From: Bacteroidia bacterium
GTDB lineage: Bacteria; Bacteroidota; Bacteroidia; M30B66
Reading direction: 5' to 3'
NCBI GenBank assembly: GCA_040882555.1
Contig: JBBEBC010000149.1
Span: 1 to 60,414 of the forward strand
Length of the DNA stretch: 60,414 bases
Below the pieces are notes generated by a model, which saw only the letters and a list, made by a program, of their open reading frames with translations, was not told where the DNA came from and did not search any database. A program made the translations under genes and the position numbers. Shown here one piece after another: positions 27,102 to 37,091 of the stretch. Within the stretch, counting starts at the first letter, position 1. Each line of letters begins with the position of its first letter.

Positions 27102-27770
27102 ATGAATATTATGAATCAATTAAAACAAAAATCGCTTACCTTTTTTTTCATGATGATTGTTGGTTTCCAATCCTGCAATTCAACAGAAAACAATTACAAT
27201 TTATCAAACGACATGGAAATTAAAACAGGACAACAAGCAGATACCGCCTATCTTGCTGCAGGATGCTTTTGGTGTATTGAAGCAATATTTCAACAATTAG
27301 AGGGAGTAATTTCTGTTACTTCTGGCTACACAGCTGGTCAAGTTAAAAATCCAAGTTATAAAGAAGTATGTACAGGGCTCACTGGGCATGCGGAAGCGGC
27401 AAGAATCATTTATGATCCATCTGTGCTCAGCTTTGATGAACTTCTGGAGGTTTTCTGGAAAACTCATGATCCAACAACATTAAACCGACAGGGTGCTGAT
27501 GTTGGAACTCAATACCGCTCTGGAATCTATTATATTACAGAAGCCCAAAAAGAAACCGCTGAGAAGTATAAATCAGAATTAAATAAAGCAGGAGTATTTG
27601 ATGATCCAATCATAACTGAAATACTTCCCTTTGATGAAAAGTTTTATGTTGCTGAAGACTATCACCAGAATTACTACAATCAGAATGGTGAACAAGGTTA
27701 TTGCCGTATGGTCATCCAACCGAAGGTTGAAAAATTTAGAAAAGTATTTGGAGATAAGCTAAAAAAATAG
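27102..27770 (+). CDS. msrA: Peptide-methionine (S)-S-oxide reductase with an N-terminal lipoprotein-like signal
   Basis: GCFWCIEAIF active site and the HDPTTLNRQG.DVGTQYRS motif. The sequence MIVGFQSC is lipobox-like. Confidence 0.92.
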   Translation: MNIMNQLKQKSLTFFFMMIVGFQSCNSTENNYNLSNDMEIKTGQQADTAYLAAGCFWCIEAIFQQLEGVISVTSGYTAGQVKNPSYKEVCTGLTGHAEAARIIYDPSVLSFDELLEVFWKTHDPTTLNRQGADVGTQYRSGIYYITEAQKETAEKYKSELNKAGVFDDPIITEILPFDEKFYVAEDYHQNYYNQNGEQGYCRMVIQPKVEKFRKVFGDKLKK

Positions 27771-27875
27771 GCTTCTCACTCATGCTTAATTAAAAATATT
27801 CTCTAGTTGTAGACAATTTCCAGTAGCTACAAATCAAAAGCCTATTTAACTTTGCGTTTGAAAATCAAATCTTAA

Positions 27876-29588
27876 ATGATTTTGAACTTAAAGATAATGT
27901 ATAGGTATCTTATTCTAGCCATATTTTTAAAATCACTTATGGGGCTCGCTCAAAAAGATGCTTTAATACCTTTTCGTGATGGCAATTTGTTTGGCCTCGC
28001 TAACATAGATGGCAAGCTAAAACTTAATGCTGAATACGACTTGATACAGCCTATCGGAAATGGATATTTCAAATATTCAAATACGTTTAAGGTTGATGAC
28101 ACTATTCGCTATTACGATGGCCGAATTGAATTAAAAGAGAAAATAATTACTACTTCGGGTCTTTTGCAAGGCACAAAGGTGATTATTGAAAACAGTAATC
28201 ATAATCATTTCACGTATTCTGACCAAGGTATTATTATTGGTTCGCAGGAATCTTATGTAAGTAAGAACAGCAACTTTTACACTCTGAAAGGCGAAAAACT
28301 GTTGACGGAAAATGTTATGAAATTCAGGTTTCTTGGCTACGAAAATTTTGATGCAGAAGCCAATAATTACATCACCATTTTTGCAGAACATTTCGATAAA
28401 TCTGTGAGTGTTCTCTTATTTGACAAAGTCAACCAAGAGATGATGCCTCCCCTTTTAGATCATGTTACAGATTTTGAACTTGATAGAGAAAATAGCAGTG
28501 AAAACTACTTTGTATGTTTATACACCGATAAAGAATACTCCTACCATAGAGATGCTATACTCTTCGATAATGAACTAAAACAGTTTATCATTAAGCCTGC
28601 GAGCAAAATGAATGAGTCATTTAGAGATAACAACATAGTTGAAGAAGGCATGTATGAAGGAGCATCTGGCGATTATGTTGTAGAAGCGCCAGAAATTATG
28701 AATGAACCAAGGGTTGTGACAAACGATAACCAAGAGTTCTTAACTCAAAGAGAAAAGCCAAAGCCGATTGTTTATTTCTATAAACTCAATAAGGGCTTCA
28801 CCGCATACGGAAAAGACACTATAAAATTGAATGAGGGGGAAGCAGTGAGTTTTGCAGACGCTTATTCAAAATCACAAAAGCAACCTTTAATTGTTTCTAA
28901 AGAAGGAAAATACGGTTTGATCTTTTCAGACTCACTAAGAAGTGAGTTGAAATATGACTCTCTTAGATATATAAAAAATCAATTTGGAATTTTTTCCTCC
29001 AATCACACATTTATCTATTTGGCAGGAAACAAAAACGAGAAAACTGGAAAGTATCTCTTTGGAATTTTTGATGAAAAAGGCAAAGAAATCATACCCATGA
29101 TGTATGAAAATCTACAACCTAACCTGCTTAACATCTATATTGAGAAAGATGAAAAAACAGGACAAGAAAGCTTTGATTTTAGACAGCCCTACTCCTATTC
29201 AAAAACCAGCAGCGAATCTTTGAAACTCCAGAATGAAGGTATTCTTTCTGCACAACTGAATGGAAAATTTGGTGTGATTGACTTAGAGAATAAAACCGTT
29301 ATGCCATTTGAATATGATTTCATTTGGGAAAACGGGCTGAATTTTTTGAATACAATGCAGATAGAAGACAAATTCAGTGTCTATCAAAAAGGCAATCTTT
29401 ATGGGGTATTTAAGATAAATTCCAAACATGAGAAAATAGAAGACACAGGGTTAATTTTTCCTAATATTCCGGTCTTCAAATACCCCAAATACAATAATAT
29501 AAGTGGGTTTGATTTATACAATGTGGCAATTGCGGAAAATCTCTATTACTACCTAGTTGGAAGCAATGGAAAAGTATATAGGAAGTAG
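27876..29588 (+). CDS. WG-repeat (KWG-type) secreted protein
   Basis: Recurrent GKYGLI, GKFGVID and NLYGVF units, plus a signal peptide. The Met at 27897 is an alternative start. Confidence 0.7.
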   Translation: MILNLKIMYRYLILAIFLKSLMGLAQKDALIPFRDGNLFGLANIDGKLKLNAEYDLIQPIGNGYFKYSNTFKVDDTIRYYDGRIELKEKIITTSGLLQGTKVIIENSNHNHFTYSDQGIIIGSQESYVSKNSNFYTLKGEKLLTENVMKFRFLGYENFDAEANNYITIFAEHFDKSVSVLLFDKVNQEMMPPLLDHVTDFELDRENSSENYFVCLYTDKEYSYHRDAILFDNELKQFIIKPASKMNESFRDNNIVEEGMYEGASGDYVVEAPEIMNEPRVVTNDNQEFLTQREKPKPIVYFYKLNKGFTAYGKDTIKLNEGEAVSFADAYSKSQKQPLIVSKEGKYGLIFSDSLRSELKYDSLRYIKNQFGIFSSNHTFIYLAGNKNEKTGKYLFGIFDEKGKEIIPMMYENLQPNLLNIYIEKDEKTGQESFDFRQPYSYSKTSSESLKLQNEGILSAQLNGKFGVIDLENKTVMPFEYDFIWENGLNFLNTMQIEDKFSVYQKGNLYGVFKINSKHEKIEDTGLIFPNIPVFKYPKYNNISGFDLYNVAIAENLYYYLVGSNGKVYRK

Positions 29589-29978
29589 ATTTGATTACTC
29601 AATTCTAATTTAAACTTACCTGAAAACATATAGTTGAATACAAACTTCCATTTTCAAGATGGGATTGATTTTAAGCTTTGATTTCCAAATACTTATACCA
29701 TTTATACTCTTTAGAATGGAGTTTAAAAAAGGTATATTTAATTCCATTAGCAAGCCTACTATTCAATTTAAACCAATCGTTAGCTAATCTAATTTTAAAG
29801 GTGAATGGATTTTTATAAACTTTCTATTCACCTAGTATGCAATTTGGCTCATTCTGTATTTTTTACTTATCAACCCTAAATAATATTCATATTATTACAC
29901 CAACTCATAAGTTACCAATAATGCTCAGGAAACCATACATACCATGAAAAACAGCGCTAAAATTTAACAATCATATAC

Positions 29979-32168
29979 GTGAAACAATTCATTTTAATAT
30001 TTATCGCAACTCTGTTTTCTCTATCTTCTTTTTGCCAAACTAACCTTGTTACTTATGCAGGAGGTGCAGGTAAAGAAACATTTTATGATGTAATGCAAAT
30101 TACTGACGGGAGTTTTTTGGTAGTTGGTTACGCAGAGAATTTAAGTTGGGTTGGTGAGGCGCAGCAAACGCAACTTACCTACACGGCAACCATTCCAAAT
30201 TCACTTGGAACTAATCGCTACGGATTTATTTTACACCTTTCAAACGATTTGCAAACCATTTTGCATGTTGTGCATTTTCCACAGGGAGCAGTTGAAGATA
30301 TTCGTTTCATCAAAACAAATTCGCAGCCCTATTCACCGACAGAAGATTTGTTTATCAGTTGTAATACATCAGATAATGACGCAAATAATGGCGGCTACAT
30401 CATTGCAAAATTGAATAACAACTTTATTAATGGAATCCCTACTTCGCTTTCTTGGGTGAATGCAGTGTGGGCAAAATCAATTGCAAAGGAGACACATCCC
30501 TGGGATGTTACCAACGCTGGAAAAGTTTATTACATTGGTGGTGAGGCGTATGGTTATGATTGGAGTGCTGTGTATTGTTTAAATCCAAACGGTCAAAGAA
30601 CTGTTGTAGAAAATTGGAGGACACATTGGCTCACTAACGGAACAGAATGGAAAGGAACACCTGCTTCGGAAAATCCATCAGGAAGTATTGATTCAATAAG
30701 TTACAGCGGAATCGTTTTGAAAATTTGGGGACGATGTGATTTGCGTTCCTGGACTGCTAACGATTACAACCTTACTCAATCAGATGAAAACGGTGGAACA
30801 AAAAAAGGAAAATGGCCACTTGATATTTTATTTAACTCACCTTGCGACCCATTGAACCCAACTGCTGTTAGTCCAGGTTATACAGGATATTCAGCTTCGG
30901 CAATTCCGGTTTATGGTGGTTCTTCAATTACGATCGACAGAAGAAATAATGATGTATTTATCGGGATGAATTTTAATAGTGTATTGCCAGCTGGCGGACT
31001 TCCCGATTTTGAACCAGCGGTCATTGCTATGGATTCGACAGGAAATTTAAAATGGTGGAGCAGATTGTATCATGAAATTACTCCGCTGGGCGACACCGTA
31101 AATTCTTCTCCCGACCAATATATAGATGCACTTGCAATTGATTACACCAACAATAAATTAGTTGTCGGGGCAAGATGTCATGGAAATAATGTTGAAAATT
31201 TTTGGGAAGGAAATACCATCAACACAAACGGAAGTTCTTCCGGTTTTCAAAATAATTTTACAGGAACGCAAGGCGATAATCATATTTCCTGGTTAGGAAA
31301 ATTGCAATTGAATAATGGTGTGCTAACCAATTCAACTTATATGGCTGAACTTGCAGAAGGCACAGGTTCGCTTGGAACTCCACTTACCGACCCGAACTTA
31401 GACGGATGGCCTAACCCAAACACAGGTTGGCCAAATGTCAACACAACCAGGATGACGAAAAATAATTTAAAGGTTTCTAGTAATGGCGATGTATGTGTGT
31501 TAGCGGTTGGGAGAAGAACAATCACCACTGCAAACGCTTATCAGAAAATGGTTAAACCAAACAACGGTGGACTTAGCTCGTGGAATAGTTTTGTGAGAGT
31601 GTATGATACACAGTTTAATGCTCCTAAATATTCTTCGCTTATTGTTGGTGCTTGGGACACACTCACACAAGCAGGCGGAGATAACACGGAGATGTTTGGA
31701 GTTTACAAAACCAATGAAGGAGTGATTTGTGTTGGCAGACAAAAAGCAGATTTGAACGGAACACCTATTGGAAATAATATTCCTGTTTCAAATGTTACAC
31801 TATGGGGAAATGCAACACCGCAAAACGAAAGTGCTATTTTAGTTTACTATAAAGCAACAAATCTTCTAAATATAAACGACGGTATTAGCATCATCACAGG
31901 AATAAATGAACCTGAACAAATTATTAATGCTGACAACATAATACTTTATCCGAATCCTGCACATCAAGCAATAAATGTCATTCTCAAATCAAATAAGCAT
32001 CAAACAAATTATCATTACCGAATAATTGACATGTATGGACGAGTAGTTAAGAGCGAACAGTTTAAAAATTCAGAGATTAATATCAGCGATTTTTCAAGTG
32101 GAGTTTATCAGTTTCAATTGCTATCAAAAACACACCAGATTGGAAAGAGATTTTTAGTAGTTAATTAA
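29979..32168 (+). CDS. Large secreted protein with T9SS C-terminal sorting domain; function unknown
   Basis: A GTG start gives the signal peptide MKQFILIFIATLFSLSSFCQ. The C-terminal domain reads IILYPNPAHQAINV...GVYQFQLL. Confidence 0.75.
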   Translation: MKQFILIFIATLFSLSSFCQTNLVTYAGGAGKETFYDVMQITDGSFLVVGYAENLSWVGEAQQTQLTYTATIPNSLGTNRYGFILHLSNDLQTILHVVHFPQGAVEDIRFIKTNSQPYSPTEDLFISCNTSDNDANNGGYIIAKLNNNFINGIPTSLSWVNAVWAKSIAKETHPWDVTNAGKVYYIGGEAYGYDWSAVYCLNPNGQRTVVENWRTHWLTNGTEWKGTPASENPSGSIDSISYSGIVLKIWGRCDLRSWTANDYNLTQSDENGGTKKGKWPLDILFNSPCDPLNPTAVSPGYTGYSASAIPVYGGSSITIDRRNNDVFIGMNFNSVLPAGGLPDFEPAVIAMDSTGNLKWWSRLYHEITPLGDTVNSSPDQYIDALAIDYTNNKLVVGARCHGNNVENFWEGNTINTNGSSSGFQNNFTGTQGDNHISWLGKLQLNNGVLTNSTYMAELAEGTGSLGTPLTDPNLDGWPNPNTGWPNVNTTRMTKNNLKVSSNGDVCVLAVGRRTITTANAYQKMVKPNNGGLSSWNSFVRVYDTQFNAPKYSSLIVGAWDTLTQAGGDNTEMFGVYKTNEGVICVGRQKADLNGTPIGNNIPVSNVTLWGNATPQNESAILVYYKATNLLNINDGISIITGINEPEQIINADNIILYPNPAHQAINVILKSNKHQTNYHYRIIDMYGRVVKSEQFKNSEINISDFSSGVYQFQLLSKTHQIGKRFLVVN

Positions 32169-32228
32169 AGTCAATCTAATACTCAATAAACATGAAGATC
32201 GACATCAACAATGAAACAAGAAGCACTA

Positions 32229-32347
32229 CTGGTAATAGCAGCTTTGAAAAAGTGGCGGTTTAGTTTCCAAAAGAGAGTTTTGTTTGTATTTGGAAATCCG
32301 CGTTCCAAAGGAGCATAGTGTAAGAATGTCGCCACCTTCGCAAATGC
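32229..32347. repeat. Conserved ~116-nt element, copy B (inverted relative to 45-160)
   Basis: See the entry for 45-160. It lies in the 365-bp gap between two convergent genes. Confidence 0.75.
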
Positions 32348-32533
32348 CACGGACCGTTAAATGCACTCTTCACTTAAAGAATATTTTGCTGATATGCCTG
32401 CTAGAGAATTATTAAATAGTTCCTCAAATTTGATTGGGTTCAATTTTTTAAAAGAAGAAAATAAGAATCAAAAAGTGATTTGAATCCTTAGAAAATGTAA
32501 ATGCTAGAAACCAAAGCTTGTAAGCGGCTTAAG

Positions 32534-33994
32534 CTAAGTTCTCTTTCTGATTAACCACAAACCAAGCATTGTTAGCAATCCATTTATAAGCAGAAGTTCA
32601 AATCCAATGGCGTAGCCATTAAACAAAACAGCTGAATATTTAGAAAGCAGGAAACTGAGCAAGGGAGCAATTAAACAAACAAGTGGCACGAGCTTATCAT
32701 TTACCTGCTTTTTTGTGTAAATTCCAAATGCAAATAAACCAAGCAGTGGTCCATAAGTATAACCCGCTGCTGTGAAAATCCCTGAAATTACAGAATCGTC
32801 ATTTATAGCTCTGAAAATAAGTATTACAGCAAGAAGAAGGAGAGCGAAAGCTGCATGAATAATGTTTCGGAGTTCCTTTTTTCTAGTTTTCGAAATTTTC
32901 TCTTTACTATCAATATGTAGAATATCAAAATACAATGAGGTAGTAAGCGTGGTTAAAACCGAATCGGCACTTGAGAAAGTTGCTGCTATAATTCCCAATA
33001 AAAATACAATAGCGGCAAATATTCCCAAATAATCCAAGGCTAATAGTGGAAGTAAATCATCTGTTTTAGTAGGTATTGCAATGTTAAATGCATCAGCGTA
33101 CAGAAACATTAAAGCGCCAAGTGAAACAAATATCACATTCACAATCAATACAATAAAACTAAACCAGAGCACATTCTTCTGAGCATCTTTTAAGGTATGA
33201 ACACTCAGGTTCTTTTGCATCATATTCTGGTCTAGACCAGTCATAGCGATAGCTATAAACATCCCACTTAAGAACTGCTTAGGGAAAAATGTCTTGTTCT
33301 GCGGTACCCAATCAAAAACTTGAGCATAAGAACTTTCAGTGATATGTCGAATGCCATCTGTTAGCGACCAACCTAGTCCTTTCAAAATGGAAGTTGCAGT
33401 TAAAACAACACCTAAAAGCAAGAACAATGATTGAAATGTATCTGTCCAAACCAATGACTTTATCCCACCTTTTACGGTATAAACGAGAATCAGAAAAATT
33501 ATAATTGCTACTGATAATGCATATGGAACACCTAATGGTCCGAAAACAAATAAATGCAAAACTCCCGCAGAGATAAACAGCCTGAAAGCTGCACCAATTG
33601 TCCTAGAGAGAAGAAAATAGAATGAGCCTGTGCTCTGAGACAAAGTGCCGAAACGACTTCCTAGGTAGGAATAAATTGAAGTAAGTTGGAGTTTATAATA
33701 GAGAGGAAGTAGAACTTTAGCAATTACAAAATAGCCAGCCATATAGCCCAATACTATTTGCAGATAAAAGAAATTCTTTGCCCCAACTTCACCCGGCACA
33801 GAAACAAAAGTGACTCCTGACAAGGAGTCGCCAATCATACCAAACGCCACCAAATACCACGGAGATGACTTATTTCCAAGGAAATAAGATTCTTCATTTG
33901 CATTTCTACCTTTCCAAATGGAAATTCCAACAAGAACAAAAAAGTAAGCAAGAATGATTACTATTAAAACAAATGGACTTAATACGCTCGGCAT
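32534..33994 (-). CDS. Sodium:solute symporter family transporter
   Basis: 486 aa with roughly 13 TM segments and SSF-like N-terminal topology. Confidence 0.8.
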   Translation of the reverse strand: MPSVLSPFVLIVIILAYFFVLVGISIWKGRNANEESYFLGNKSSPWYLVAFGMIGDSLSGVTFVSVPGEVGAKNFFYLQIVLGYMAGYFVIAKVLLPLYYKLQLTSIYSYLGSRFGTLSQSTGSFYFLLSRTIGAAFRLFISAGVLHLFVFGPLGVPYALSVAIIIFLILVYTVKGGIKSLVWTDTFQSLFLLLGVVLTATSILKGLGWSLTDGIRHITESSYAQVFDWVPQNKTFFPKQFLSGMFIAIAMTGLDQNMMQKNLSVHTLKDAQKNVLWFSFIVLIVNVIFVSLGALMFLYADAFNIAIPTKTDDLLPLLALDYLGIFAAIVFLLGIIAATFSSADSVLTTLTTSLYFDILHIDSKEKISKTRKKELRNIIHAAFALLLLAVILIFRAINDDSVISGIFTAAGYTYGPLLGLFAFGIYTKKQVNDKLVPLVCLIAPLLSFLLSKYSAVLFNGYAIGFELLLINGLLTMLGLWLIRKRT

Positions 33995-34297
33995 TTAACA
34001 AATGTAATTCTGTATAAGTGTTTATTTGTGAAATCAATGCTCATTTATGAAACATCAAAAGTGAATATCCTTAATATTTGAAAGAAGAATCATTAGTATC
34101 ATTATCTACTTTTAAAATCAAGTGTTTAAAGAACAGCAACTTTTAATTCAAATTTCGCTTATGCCAAACTTGATTCATTCACTATTAAGTTTTTTATAAC
34201 TGAAACTATGTCGTTAAGAACGAAGCTGACTGAAATTGAAAACCAAATATTACCGAATCAAATTGATTAAGTAACATTCAAATAAGAGAGTAGCCTT

Positions 34298-34882
34298 ATG
34301 GAAATTGTATTTGCATCGAATAACGAGCACAAACTAGAAGAAGTTAAAGCTATTCTTGGCGATGTAGTTAAACTTCTTAGCTTGAAGGAAATAGACTTTA
34401 GCGAAGAGCTACCAGAAACTAGTGGAACCATAATAGGAAATGCTTTACAAAAAGCCAGAACGTTAAATGAACTGAGCGGAAGATCATGTTTTGCAGATGA
34501 TACTGGATTAGAAGTATTCGAATTAAATGGAGAACCAGGAGTAGATTCAGCCCACTATGCAGGTCCACAAAGAAATGCTCAAGAAAACATGAAGAAGCTT
34601 CTCAACAGACTCAACAATAGTGAGAATAGATCGGCCAGATTCATAACTGTTATTGCATTCATTCATGATGGTGTTGAAATGCTATTTGAAGGTGAAGTTA
34701 GAGGAATAATTAGTACTGAACCTCAAGGTGAAGGGGGGTTTGGTTACGATCCGATTTTTATTCCTGAAGGATTTAATCAGAGCTTTGCTGAGCTCAGTTC
34801 AAGGCAAAAAAACTCGATGAGTCATAGGGCTAGAGCTGTTGAACAATTAAAGAATCACTTTCAAAAAATGCTCGATAAATAG
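34298..34882 (+). CDS. rdgB: Non-canonical purine NTP pyrophosphatase (RdgB/HAM1)
   Basis: Contains the IVFASNNEHKLEE, FADDTGLEV and GGFGYDPIF motifs. Confidence 0.92.
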   Translation: MEIVFASNNEHKLEEVKAILGDVVKLLSLKEIDFSEELPETSGTIIGNALQKARTLNELSGRSCFADDTGLEVFELNGEPGVDSAHYAGPQRNAQENMKKLLNRLNNSENRSARFITVIAFIHDGVEMLFEGEVRGIISTEPQGEGGFGYDPIFIPEGFNQSFAELSSRQKNSMSHRARAVEQLKNHFQKMLDK

Positions 34883-34900
34883 GCTACTTTTGCCGGCACT

Positions 34901-35569
34901 ATGGAATTCCTCACTTCACTTCTGGATTTTGTCTTACATATTAATGACCATCTTGATCAATTGGTAATTGATTATGGTACAACAATTTATGCTATTCTTT
35001 TCTTAATCATTTTTGTAGAAACAGGACTAGTAGTTATGCCATTTCTCCCGGGTGATTCGCTTTTATTTGCCGCAGGAGCGATATGCGCTCGTCCAGGTTC
35101 TGATTTAAGCATTTACATTCTTATAGGTTTACTTTTTTTAGCAGCAGTTTTAGGAGATAATGTAAACTATACTATTGGAAGGTTTGCTGGACAAAAAGCC
35201 ACAAGACTTAAAATTGGTAACCGCAGCCTTGTCAAACAAGAATACATAGATCAGACTCATAAGTTCTTTGAAAAATACGGTACGAAAGCGATCATTATGG
35301 CAAGGTTCGTCCCGATTGTTAGGACTTTCACCCCTTTTGTTGCAGGAGTTGGCAAGATGGATTATCGCAAAAAGTTTCTTCCTTATGATATAGCGGGAGG
35401 ATTTCTTTGGATTACTTCTATGTCGCTGAGTGGTTATTTCTTAGGCAATCTCCCTTTCTTCCAGGATCACTTTGAAATGGTGGTACTAGGAATCATTCTC
35501 CTTTCGGTGATGCCTATGGTTATTGCGTATCTAAGACATCGCTTTCAACCTAAAAAAGAAAAAGTGTAG
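34901..35569 (+). CDS. DedA family membrane protein
   Basis: Contains PFLPGDSLLFAAG and ARFVPIVRTF motifs and has 4-5 TM segments. Confidence 0.88.
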   Translation: MEFLTSLLDFVLHINDHLDQLVIDYGTTIYAILFLIIFVETGLVVMPFLPGDSLLFAAGAICARPGSDLSIYILIGLLFLAAVLGDNVNYTIGRFAGQKATRLKIGNRSLVKQEYIDQTHKFFEKYGTKAIIMARFVPIVRTFTPFVAGVGKMDYRKKFLPYDIAGGFLWITSMSLSGYFLGNLPFFQDHFEMVVLGIILLSVMPMVIAYLRHRFQPKKEKV

Positions 35570-35573
35570 ATTT

Positions 35574-36896
35574 TTAGACAGCTTGTTGATTTGCTGCAAT
35601 CTTCTCTTTTATCCAATCGCTCGTTATAGATCCCGGACGTTCAATTGGCAAGCCCATCGCTCGGCTAATAGTAAGTTGTGATAGAACTCCTAAAGATCTT
35701 GATACGCCAAAAAGCACGGTGAAGAAATCATACTCTTTAATACCGTAGTGAATTAAAAGGGCCCCTGAATGCGCATCAACATTCGGCCATGGATTTTTGA
35801 TCTTCTTAATGTTACTTAGAATCCCTGGCACCACATCATAAACTCTCCAAACAATATTTACAATATCATCATCAGGCATATATTTCTTAGCAAATTCCAT
35901 TTGGGCTAGAAATCTAGGATCGGTTTTCCTTAAAACAGCATGACCATAACCGGGAACTACTTTTCCTTCAGATAATGTTTTGTGAACATACTGTTCGATT
36001 TGCTCCTGAGTTGGTAATCCGCCACCGAGATCTTTTTGTAAATCAAGGATCCATCTGATTACTTCTTGGTTAGCTAAACCGTGCAGAGGACCTGCAAGAC
36101 CATTAATTCCGGAGGAAAAAGAATAATAAGCATCGCTTAATGCTGAACCCGCCAAGTGAGTCGCATGTGCTGAAACATTTCCACCTTCATGATCGGCATG
36201 AATTGTAAGATAAAGTCTCATCAAAGCATAGATTTCCACTCCATCATAACCAAGCATATGAGCAAAATTCGCCGCCCAATCAGCCCCTTTAAGAGGCTCA
36301 ATCTGTTCATTATTGTAATATGTTCTCCTATAAATATAAGCAGCCACTCGTGGCAAACGTGCAATTAGATTCATTGAATCTTCAAACATCGGATCCCAAT
36401 AATCCTTCTTGCTAATTCCTTTTTCGTATTCATGAGCAAATACCGACTCTGTTCGCAATGCCAAAATAGCAGCACTAAATTGAGTCATTGGGTGGGTATA
36501 AGTTGGCAATGCGTCAAGCATTTTAAACACATGTTCTGGAATAGTTCCTCTAGCTTCCCAATCAGCACTCAAATCATTCACTTGCTGAACGGTAGGTAAA
36601 CTTCCTGTGAGCATAAGATAAAAAATACCTTCAGGAAGTGGCTCTGAACCACCTGGAGCTTTTGGAAGTAATTCTCTTAATTCAGGAATACTATATCCTC
36701 TAAAACGAATTCCTTCTTCGGGATCAAGTTTCGAGGTTTCGGTAATCATTCCAACCATACCTTTCATTCCAGAATAAACCTGTCCAAGCGTAATCTCACC
36801 CAATTTTAGGTTACTGTTTTCTGCAACCATCTCTTTAACCTTGGCTGCATAGGGTAAATTTGATTCGGCGAATGTTTTTTTAAGTTGAGATGACAT
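35574..36896 (-). CDS. gltA: Citrate synthase
   Basis: Contains the GYGHAVLRKTDPR and HADHEGGNVSAH motifs. The start is trimmed to MSSQLKKTF. Confidence 0.93.
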   Translation of the reverse strand: MSSQLKKTFAESNLPYAAKVKEMVAENSNLKLGEITLGQVYSGMKGMVGMITETSKLDPEEGIRFRGYSIPELRELLPKAPGGSEPLPEGIFYLMLTGSLPTVQQVNDLSADWEARGTIPEHVFKMLDALPTYTHPMTQFSAAILALRTESVFAHEYEKGISKKDYWDPMFEDSMNLIARLPRVAAYIYRRTYYNNEQIEPLKGADWAANFAHMLGYDGVEIYALMRLYLTIHADHEGGNVSAHATHLAGSALSDAYYSFSSGINGLAGPLHGLANQEVIRWILDLQKDLGGGLPTQEQIEQYVHKTLSEGKVVPGYGHAVLRKTDPRFLAQMEFAKKYMPDDDIVNIVWRVYDVVPGILSNIKKIKNPWPNVDAHSGALLIHYGIKEYDFFTVLFGVSRSLGVLSQLTISRAMGLPIERPGSITSDWIKEKIAANQQAV

Positions 36897-37091
36897 TTTT
36901 ACTAAATAATTTGAGTTGAGAACAGTCCACAAGTATACGATTTCATATGCGTTCATGCAGAAATTTAAAGGTTTTGTTTGTCATTTTTTTGCAAAATCTC
37001 CAAAGCCAAGAATGATACATTGCGATACTTCACATAAAAGAGATAAAATCATACATTTGAACTGCTGTTTCGAGCTAGAAAACGACAATTA

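Noticed and set aside
29660-29791. 43-aa plus-strand ORF in the 390-bp gap upstream of the T9SS cargo gene
   Set aside because: It has no recognisable features, lies in AT-rich sequence where short ORFs arise by chance, and has no supporting context.
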